Source of the DNA: Yuukianura sp. NJ FZ-2021
Lineage: Eukaryota
Reading direction: 5' to 3'
DNA: 64,000 nucleotides
NCBI GenBank assembly: GCA_046563655.1
Contig: CM102289.1
Span: 7,874,001 to 7,938,000, forward strand
The notes beneath the pieces were generated by a model that saw nothing but the letters and a program-made list of their open reading frames with translations, had not been told where the DNA came from and made no database searches. This document shows, one piece after another, positions 53,805-64,000 of the stretch. Each line of letters opens with the position of its first letter. Position 1 is the first letter of the stretch. Both the position numbers and the translations under genes were made by a program.

Positions 53805-54906
53805 TTTGTTGAAAATAACCGTAAACTGACAACTGAAAAATTTTAACTCTTGATGTATTTACTTAAACATTTTTCTTATCAAAAAATTAGATGTACGATT
53901 TTGTATCACAGCGCCCTACCTCCGGACAACTGATTATTCTTACAATTTTATCAATTACGATTTGCACCAACACTTGAATTTGACCTCATTTGTATGATAA
54001 CCAAGCAAAAAAATCAAAACAACTTCAACTGGAATTGGATTTTGCTAAAAAAAAAACAACAAACTAAAAACTGTATAAAATCGCAAAAAAAAACTAAACA
54101 CATAAGACCGTAATCGTACGACTTTATTCAGCCTTTGCGTGTCGAATTGTTCACTGGATTTGATTGTTCAAAAAAAAAAAACTAATGTTAGTAAATTGCA
54201 TTTCTTTTTAAAAGTTAAATTTTAAAATTTAACATAACGTTCCAGTAACACTTTGGAGTCAGTCCTTTCTACATTATACCTTTACACATCCATTTTAACC
54301 AGCTTACATTTTAAATCGTACTTATGACTATATAGTAGTTATATTTAACGTAATGCAAAGATCACCCTTGTTGTGTAGAATATTTGTTTTTTAAAACAAT
54401 GTTAATTTTAATTTTAACCTCTGAAGTACTAAATCTCCTAGAATTAGAATTCTGTTGACTCGTGGAACTCAAATCAATTCCAAATTCAAAAACTAGCGAC
54501 ATGACATAACACATTTCTCGGGAGGAGGCTAATCGAAATTTTAGAAAACTAACTCATAATTTCTAGCGATTCTGCGCAGAAAAGTTAGCACTTACTTAAT
54601 TGCTAATTACAGTTAAAAATTAACTCCACGCTCAGCATGAAAGGAACATCAAAACATTATCTCCATACAGCTAAATCATAAAACATTCTTTTTCGTGCGT
54701 TTTGGTCGTTTTTCCACCCGCAGTGTCAAATCTTCTCCTATTTTCCTAAAAATATACAGCTAATTGTACAGGTTAATTTTCAAAAACTAAATTAAACTAA
54801 AATGGTGTACGAGTATTCACAAGAGCAAAACGAGTAACAAAAATATTGATGATTCTCTATCTCGTCAACTGATTGAAAACGTCTACGTAATGTTAAGCAA
54901 AATCAA

Positions 54907-57900
54907 TCAGGTTTTTAAAACTAGAGGCTTCACTGCTTTTCTCCTGTTGTCATCATCTGTATTAAAACTTTGTGAACATTTTTCAACTAAACTCGTCCTA
55001 ATGTCATCTTCATCATCATCGTCACAGGGACTTAGACTCACTGGTGTGTACAATGCATCGTATTTTCTCCAGCTCTCTGGAACTTTTCTGCACTTGAAAT
55101 CAACATCTTCATTTCCAATGTAACCAACTGAAGAAGTTGCTATTCTCCTGCGTCGTCGCTGATGCACGACGACAATAAAAACGGCAATGACCGACATCAT
55201 TGATATACAAAAGAATCCGAGAAAAGCCGAATTGGATTCCATTGAACTTGATTCCCGCTCGTCCGCTCCAGAAACTCTTCGTTTCACAGAATGGCATTCA
55301 CCTAGAGCCAAAATTCGAAAAAATCAATTTCAAAATATGCAATTTTTGAAAACTATTGACAAATACCATCGAATCCTCTTGTAAGAGGCGTCTCTTCACT
55401 AGGATAAGGTCTGTCCAAGTCATCACAGTGACAGCAGTCTTCATCTTCGTTAGCATGTTGACAACACTGAACGCAACTACTGCTTGAGCGATCATATCGC
55501 AAGGGCCGTACACATGTTTTACAGTCATATGAATTTCCTCCTTTATAAAGAAAAAGGCATTATGGTTTGAAATTTTTTTCTCAATTCGAAAACTGCATTA
55601 CTACATACCTGTGCAATTGGAACAACTTCGATGACACGGTAGACATTCATTTGTAATGCTGTTCAACCAATACCCAGCACCACAAAAGTTGTCCAGCTCT
55701 TGACTCGCTCCAACTCGGGCCTGGAAGATGTCTTGAATAGCACCAAAACTTGCGCCTATGGGGCTACACCCACCTCCTCTGTTGTACTCGTAACCTTGGT
55801 TACAAGTGATACATTCCGTGTCTCCAAAGGCTACACAAGTCTGGCACCCGGAAGAACATGGGCGACAAACTCCCTTTTCATTGTAAAATCTAGAATTTCA
55901 AGGAAAGTGATTTCAACAAATACGTTTTGAAAATTGTTTCAAAATTTTGAAGAAATTGTAGCTTCCTTACCCTGCTAAACAATGAGGAAGACATGATGCA
56001 CTTTGGAGCAATGCATCAGAAGTACATTCTGTACATTGCTCTGCAGAGATGCAACTCGTGCACAAACTTGGGCAATTGAAACAATGTTTTCCGTTGTACC
56101 CAGAGTAGAATCCATCTGAACACCGCTCAACGCAGACTCCGTTTTCTAAAAACACACCTTCTGCACACTCCAAGCAGCGATTGGCTCCGTCACATTGGAC
56201 ACACCCAGCGTCACCACAACCCATACATTGATTCGTGACGTTGTCCAAGTACAACCCGGTCGGACATACCTAAAAAACAAAATGAAAAACTCAAAATCAA
56301 AAATCTTCGTTTTTTGAAATTTTTGAAATGCTACAAGTATCAACTTACCGGGTTTTCATCTATACAGACTCCATCCTCTCCAAAAGCAAACCCATCAAAG
56401 CATTTGAGGCACCTATTTTCATCACATGACTGGCATCCTGACGGACACTGCGCACACTCTCTCGTTGCCGTTGGTCTAAATCCTCCTGGACAATGTGGTA
56501 AACATTCCCCATTGTGCAGAACCATCTGATTTTTACAGGCTACACAAGTTTTTCCAGTTGACTCGGTACAGGCAGCACAATTCAGCGATTGGCAAACTGC
56601 GCATGATCCATCAGATTCAAAATATCCTTCTGGACAACTTGGGACACACCGTCTCTCCAGCAGGACAAAGTTGTGTTCACAAGCAGTACAAGTAGTACTG
56701 TTCTGACAAGCTTTACACTTTGATGGACAAGTACGGCATTCCTTTTGGTCTGTGCTGTTACCATAGTAACCTTCAGGACAAGAGTTGACACAAATGGACA
56801 AATCAGGGATCCAGTAGTCATTTTGACACTGGGCTCTAATAGATGGTTGTTTCTGTTGTAGCGTCACTTGTTCAGATGCTCCTGGATACAGGAATTCTGG
56901 AACGTATTGTCTGGTTACGACTGGTTGTGGATGGCGGAATTGTTGTTGTTGTTGCTGATGCTGCTGAGGTTGGACCAGCGGTTGAAAGTTCGGCCGACGA
57001 GGCGGGTAGGGCGGCAAGTTAGACGGCAAAGGAGGAGGTGGAAACTGTGGATTTTGAAGAGACCGAGTACGAACTCTTACTGGATTGACGTCCGTTCCGT
57101 ACAAAATGAGTTGCCATTTCTTAAGTATTCCTGATTGGTTGATTCTTCTGGATCCAGAATTGATAATTTCCAGTGTCCAGCGTCCATGAGCCTGCTCTCC
57201 CCAAAAGTGGACGGAGAGGAATGGCCAGTCATCAAAGTTCGAACTGGAGACATCTCTTGGTCTTTCAAAAAGTAAAACAGAAGTTGTGCCCATCGGTGAC
57301 GTTAGTTGGATACGAAGGTTCCCACGCGGGAAAAATCGAAGTGAGATTTTGCATTGAACGTGCTCCAGGAACCGGATTTCGGAATTACTTCCAGCGCAAC
57401 CATCAACATCCATGAAAACTTTGACTTTTCCTAAATGTGCTCCAGGAATTTCACGATCTTCACGAATTTCTCGTGATTTACAAATATGTTGCGGTGGTAC
57501 TGCAGTCCATGTTGATGCCAAGTCCACCATTGCTCCAGCATCCATCAGTCCGTATCCAAACTTATGGCTAACTGAAAAAATAATTTCAAAATTTTCATTT
57601 TCGTTTTTTTTTTCAAATCCTTGTTTCAAAAAACTTACATTTCCGTTGCACTCCATTGACAAACCAACCTTCCTCTTTTTCTAGCGGATTCGGACGACTC
57701 GAAATCACCACCAAATGTTGCAAATCTCTCCAACTTAAATTCCGATTAGCCTCTAATGCTAACGCCGCAATTCCAGCAGCAAGAGGTGCGCTTGCGCTGG
57801 TTCCAGTATGTTCCACAGTACATATATGATCTGGACGAAGACGAGCATCCATGTCTACAGTTGCCACGCTCTTGTCCAGTGTTGGCGTGCCACTTGAAAA

Positions 57901-60900
57901 TGTTGTTGCCAGAGTCGATGAACATTCTTCCAGATACCATGGCTTGTAACCCCCCTGCGTCGCTGACGAAATGGACAGCGTGAAAATTGAGTTTGTATAT
58001 CCATCACAGTTGCACGAGTCGACATGTCGCCCACCATTTCCAGACGCCCAAATGAAAATTGATCCCAATCCACGCCGTCCCTACATAAAGAAAAGTTAGA
58101 ATTATTAGCCACTCTAGTCTCCTGTTGTGTCACAATTCATTGTCTAAAACAAATAAAAGCTTTTTGGACAGTTTTTTGCCAAACGTACGTTTGAAACACC
58201 GTAGATAAAAGCTCGTCTAGCTAATGGCCCTGGCCCATCAACAGTTTTTCCGTCATCTTCCGGCCCTGCAAACATAAATCAGAGTTACATCATAATGCTT
58301 CTTTTTTTGCATTTGAGCACATATGGACATGAATAAAAGGATTGCGTAGGTGCATTGTTTTCCTAGTTTTTCCAAATAGTGCTTAAACTTAATGCTGTCA
58401 AAAATAAAATTGGTATGTTCATAAGTAGCGAAACGGGGTCTTAGCCTACCGTGGAGAATCGTAGTCAACCGTGGAAAGGTATAGTCTAAGTGTACCATGG
58501 AGTACTGTGGTACACTGTACAGAAACATTGTGAAACAGAAATTGACCTTTGACCTGGAAGGTCACTTGGGGTCATATGATAAGCAACTGTTGATCTCGAT
58601 GAGATGGACAACTCATGTTGAACGGACGAAAGGACAGACAGACATAATAACAGGCAGAAGGACAGACAGACATAATAACAGGCAGACGGAAGGACAGACA
58701 GACAGACAATGAGTATATCTAAAGTAGCTCTCGCTACTTACTAAAATGAAAGGATTTCGTACCCCATGAAGCAGAGTAAATATCAATATGGTCGGGGTTT
58801 AGTCCCAGAGCTTTCGCCTCCACTGCATCATTCACCGTTCCATCCAGCATTCTCACTCCTCCAATTGACGCATTGTAAGCAACGCCTACGCCACAAATGT
58901 TATTTCCAGCAGTAGCCGCTACTTCTCCAGCACATCTCGTTCCATGCTTATTGTCTCCGTTGTCTTGTGGCATCGGATCATTGTCATTGTCATTTATGTC
59001 CGTAGAGGCCCGGGGGTCCTGAAATGGTCAAACAAAAATAAACGTCATCAATTTAGAACAAAAAAAAAACTTTAGCATAAAAACTGCTGCTGCAAAAGCT
59101 GTTTCGTTTAAACTTTCCTTTCTGTTGCTAGACATGCCGACAAAAAGCAACACCCAAGGAAAAGTGTATTCAGGACAGAATGTTAAACATGGCCAATTTG
59201 GCCAAATCTTTTTCCCGACCACAATGACCGCATCCTCTTAACAGTAAGAACTTAAACACAACTTCTCTTCCTTGACAATTAAGGCTTTGCCAATTTAAAA
59301 TATCATTTTCGTAAGTACAAGCTCGGGAAATCACGAAATGTAAAGACAACAATTTTTTTCCTGCATGCACAAATTGAAAATTAGCAACTGCTAATTCCAT
59401 TCAATTCTAAACTCTTTCTAGGAACTCACTTTAAAAATTGGAATTCGCGAAAGTACAAATTCAGAATTCAAAATTCAAATGAAAATTTTCTTCATTCCAC
59501 ATTCCAGAATTAAAAAGTTATGAGTTTTATGAACTTTACCCTCACCTTCACAAAACTTACCGCTTTTTTAACACTTTTTAAAATTAATGGATTTAAAAGT
59601 ACTTTTGTCATACACTTTATGTTTAGTAAATCTCATAAAGTTTAGTTCTTTCACGCGCGTAAGTTTAAAAACCACAGCTTTTGTGTACAGAACAATGGAA
59701 GTGAAACAATGCAATTCTTTTGTACACTTCAATCATCTTAACACTTCTTGAAAGTAAAAGTAACAAAACATTACAAATGTTTCATAAGACGCGTCTTTAG
59801 GCAAGGAAATACGGTAGTAACTATTTTGTTTCAGTTTAATCTTACTAAAAGTTCACGCACAACCTAACATTTTATTCTTAACAAAATCCTTCCTCATTTC
59901 GAAATTCGATTTTCTTGAAAGCACAAACAACAAAAGACTCATGTCAGAAAGTTAGAAGCTGCAAATTAATAATAACATGATATGTTTACTGTCGTTTGAC
60001 ATGGAAATCGCTGGCTCGATCTCATATCTTCCAACCCCCTGTTCTCATTCATGTGTCAAAAACATTAAGCGATCCATGTAAATACCGTAAATGTTCAAAT
60101 AACAAACCACTTACAAATAATACCGTCTATTATTACCCAAATGTCGACAGAGCAATTATTACTCCGGAGTAATATTTGGAGATTTACGGTACTAACAAGG
60201 TAAGAAAGAGGAAACTAAACAAAAACCTTTTATATTTCGTTCCAAGACATGCTCCAGTGCATCATTTAGTCTAATTTGTAACGAAAAGCCGAAAAGCGCA
60301 GTGCAGTTTGTTGCCATGTCAAAAGCACATGCTGCTAAAACTTTTTCATAAACTAAAAACAAACATTTTAGCAAAAATTGACAACAGACAAAACCAAAAT
60401 CAGAAATCTTTTGCTCAGTAAATCTTTGGCGTCTGCTTCCTACGCACAGCTTTAGTATAGATTACGCCTACTGAAACGGAAAGCGCGGAAGTTTGAATTG
60501 GAAATTTAAAACTACTGCACTGCGGCTGCCACAGATTACGTCAAAACCTTGATTAACGTCAACGTCAAGTCAGCTTAACCAAAGTTCCTGTTAAAACTCA
60601 AAAAACCTCAGCCATGGTAAGCCGTTTTTGCACTACACTCATGCACAAAAATGCGAACATTGCAACCTCTGACTTTTTCGTGATAATTAAGCCATTAAAC
60701 TTAAGATTTAAGATTAACCCTGCGTAAGGAATTTGAATCGGTCTAGTAACTTTTATGTCGTTGTTAGTCGAACGAAACGGAAGACATTTACAAAAAGCTG
60801 AGCAGCATTCCGCGTGTCATTGGCTTCGTCATCATTAACTTGGATGGTAATTAAATTTAAATTTAAAGTGCCATTTTTCAAAATTATAACATCAAAATTT

Positions 60901-63594
60901 AAAAATTTAAAATTTTTGAAATTCTTGAAATTAGGATTGGCCATCAAAACGACGATGGAACCAGCCGAGACGCTCAAGTATGCTGGCATGATTGCACCCC
61001 TTGTTGACAAAGCACGCAAAACCATTCGCGAATTTGTGGTGGACGAGGAAGAGAACTCGGATGATGACATTGAATTTTTGCGAATTCGAACTCGTCTTCA
61101 TGAAATTCTCATTGCACCAGGTAACGCATTTAATTACTACTAATGAAAAATTTACACTTCCTAAAGCATGACACACACCTTAAATGCCACTTTATTTCCT
61201 TAATAGCAACTCCTCAAATCATAAAATCAGTTTTTCAAAATTTCCATAAAAACTTCCTTAAATTTTTTCAGAGGCTGAATTTACAATGATTGCCATTCAA
61301 CTGCCGCATGACGATGGACAAAAGGCCTTCCTTGCCCAACAGCAACTTACGGAAGAACGTCCGGAACAGTAATCAACCAAGCGCAACTCACACGAACATA
61401 AATCAGCATTTTCAAAACTACTTAAAAAAGTAGCGACTACTTTCAACAAAAGAACTGACAGCAGCTAACATTTACTCATTAAAAAAGACAAAGCACTAAA
61501 AATAAAAATCATTGTTTGTGGTTAACAAAAAAAAATAAACAAAGAAAAAAAATGTTTGTCGAATGTCAAATCTTTCTGAATTCACAGAATTCATAGTTCA
61601 GATTTTAGCAAATAAAATGAAATCTGCATTAAATCGATTAAATCAAGCATTCTGCTTGTATTTTATACAAAGTGTGAACAAATTTTGTGAAGCATAAGAT
61701 TTTTACATCGTGTCATTGAATTGCTTAACAAACTTTTACTTTTTTTTTGTGGTGTGGCCTTTGAATTGCAAGTTCCTTTTAGGCTGCTGAACGAATTGCT
61801 AAAATGCTCAACGCTAAAAGCAGAGCCAGCCAGACTTTCTTGTTTACATTTGTCCAATCTCTAACAAATTCGCATTTGTCAAAGCCTATAAATGCAAAGT
61901 ACGTCAGACACTGTGAGATTTACTTATCAACTTTTAGTTAACAGGAAAATCGAAAGTAAAATGCAAAACCAGTAGTCTCAAGTGTTTGTAATAGACGTTG
62001 TTAAGTGATCATTGTTGAATGAGGCAAGGAAATTTTTGAATCTGCAGAGGTGACCGTCATAGTAATCTTCATTTTTTTAAAAGATGAGCAAAGGTTACTC
62101 CACAGAAAATCCAAAGTTGAAAATTGCAACTGGAAAATGTCAACTTCAAACTTGAAAAGTTGAATTTACTACGCCCCTGCATCTTGAAAAATTTTTAAAA
62201 ACGACTTCCTCAATTCAAATTCAACAATAAAATTATTTCTTAACGCTGTTTGTTGTTAAAAATCAGCATGTGTGACGAGTTATACTTTTATAATTGAGAT
62301 CGCATCTCACAAAATACTCGTTTCTCCTTACAAAACCACACCACAACTATTTTTTACCAAGGTTAACTGCCTAACCTAATGAAAAAAAAAGGATTTGGGA
62401 AATTGAAATCAAACAAAACTCAACCAGGTTTAGTTTTTTGTGTGACAATCTCATTTCATTCCCCCAAAAACAGCAAAAGTAGTCACCACAAAATGCATTA
62501 ACATTTTTTGTTAAGGTTGTTCAAGGACTTACATAATTCTGTAGTAAATCCGGGTGATTTGTTTGAATTCCATCATCCAATATAGACACAGTTACTCCTT
62601 TGCCAGTAAATCCTTTCTTCCAGGCTGCTTGAACATTCATATCAAATCCGTCCTTGGAACCGCCGGTCTAAACAAAAGAAACCTTCATTTTACTTCTTTT
62701 GTCACTTTCCAACTCAAAGTGAAAGTTTTTGGTCCTCAGAAACCAAAAAACCTCAACTTTTTTTGTGTTCGAACACGTAAATTTAAAATTAGAAAGTCAG
62801 GCAAATCCAAGACAAAAGAAAATTTGAGCTCTAGGTCGTGACATTTGACAATTTTTTCAGTTTTGACAAAATTCAAATCTTTGATCTTTGAAAAAAATTT
62901 TTTTTGATCTTTTTCTCAGAACTTTTATATTTCTTGAAGAAAAAAAATCCAGAAAATAATGACTTTTTGCCAACGCTCGTTAAATTTTTCCTGAAATTTG
63001 AACACAGCTTCAGTTAGAACTCTCATTAGAGTCGAAAAAACGTCAAAATTGCTCTTTTTAGCAAAAGTATATTGCATTTCTGGCCTCATTATTTCTTGTA
63101 ACCAAGAAACAGAAGATGAAAAATGATCTCTGCTCACCAAGTACCACTGTTCTGGGTACAGTGGATCTGCAAATGAATTTTGCGTCGCATGGCGTGGTGA
63201 TGGTTGCTGATGTTGCGGATGCTGTGACTGTGCTGCTGAGTAGAATCCTGATGGTGGTGGTCCAGGTTGGACATCAAAGTACGAAAAGTCACGTTTTACC
63301 CGCTTCTTTTGAACTTGTTGCTCAAACCACAAGACCTGAAAAAAAAAACATCAGAAAAATTAATTACACGGACAAAAACTGCCTGTTTCAATTTTAGGTT
63401 TTCCGTTAAAATGTTCTTGATTCTGACGTCAATTCAATGTAATTTGAGAGTTTCAATTTTCTTAGAATTTTTTTTTGCTAAATGCTTACGTCGTTTTCGT
63501 TTTCAAAGATTTCGTGATGTTCGTCATCCATTGAAGTTGATCTTTTCCGAACTCGACGAGCTTCAAATAAGTAGTACTCAGAAAGACTTCCAAT
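54907..63594 (-). CDS. Fur2: Furin-like proprotein convertase, Furin-2 type (long Cys-rich region, TM, acidic tail); 5' end beyond the window
   Basis: Prodomain exons 63490-63594 ([16 protein letters not shown]) and ~63139-63335 ([13 protein letters not shown]); catalytic SILDDG (~62533-62667), HGTRCAGE (~58763-59018), [12 protein letters not shown] (~58188-58266), WASGNGG and HTGTSASAP (~57639-58080); P domain with RGNL; furin-like Cys repeats; TM and DDDDEDD tail (54907-~55301). Confidence 0.93.
58422..58740 (-). mobile_element. Non-autonomous DINE-1/Helentron-like element in a furin intron
   Basis: 10-bp inverted ends taagtagcga (58422-58431) / tcgctactta (58731-58740), terminal hairpin agtagc-tctc-gctact, (GACA)n tract with a duplicated ggacagacagacataataacaggcaga unit, and tgacctttgacct motif. 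Confidence 0.65.
60614..61372 (+). CDS. Dynein light chain Roadblock/LC7-type protein (122 aa), nested antisense in a furin intron
   Basis: Exons 60614-60616 (ATG only), 60768-60846, 60935-61120, 61272-61372 splice in phase to [122 protein letters not shown], matching Roadblock motifs (GxxIKT, KARxxxR, FLRIRxxxxEIxxAP); AATAAA at 61501. Confidence 0.9.
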
Positions 63595-64000
63595 CTAAAA
63601 TTAGGATAGAAAAAAATCAAAGTAAAAAGTTGCGCAATAATTGCAACGGGTAACATCAAACGTTAACGAAGCAATATTCTTTTAGCACTATACTTATCAT
63701 GTTACTCAAAATAAACCTCATCTTGAATCTCAGCATCTCTAGTTACGTCGGAACACCAATGATCAAAAGTGCATTGTGTGAAATTAGCAACATGCAATTT
63801 GTGCATGTAAAAGTGTTTTGCGCAACTTCAAGGATCTGCATGCCTCCGCCCTTAAGGCATCTCTATCGCAAATCTGTATAATAATGGAACTTTCCCTCAA
63901 TTATATTGATAGTCTTAGACTTCCCACTCAAAATGATCTTCAATTCCCATTTGGAATTTACATTAATCCCATTATGTACTACTTTAGATTTGCCACGAGC

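Overview
AT-rich eukaryotic (invertebrate, most likely arthropod) genomic DNA with many short GT-AG introns (~55-120 bp). It is not prokaryotic, so most entries in the six-frame ORF track are exon fragments or noise. I assembled genes by hand from splice signals and family motifs. In order: a divergent copine (+), an intronless PARP16-like mono-ADP-ribosyltransferase without a tail anchor (+), an orphan secreted helical protein made of two ~95-aa repeats (+), a 26.5-kb ADAMTS-like/THSD4 gene (-), a CCDC112-like gene (-), a UBE2Q-type E2 (-), RpL12 (+), a secreted (GGY)n protein (-), a small secreted protein with two tandem defensin-like cysteine domains (-), a MINPP/Mipp phosphatase (-), a GH20 beta-hexosaminidase (-) and a Furin-2-type convertase (-) whose 5' end lies beyond the window. 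One furin intron hides a complete antisense dynein light chain Roadblock gene. Mobile DNA comprises two DINE-1/Helentron-like elements of one family (one carries a 59-bp tandem array), a Tc1/mariner-type MITE, and a 1.1-kb near-perfect foldback filling almost an entire hexosaminidase intron. I see no multi-gene novel system that I can support. The best candidates for undescribed biology are the double-defensin-like gene, the foldback intron, the orphan repeat protein, the anchorless PARP16 and the nested Roadblock paralogue. No database searches were run; family names come from recognised motifs, and exon boundaries marked ~ are approximate.
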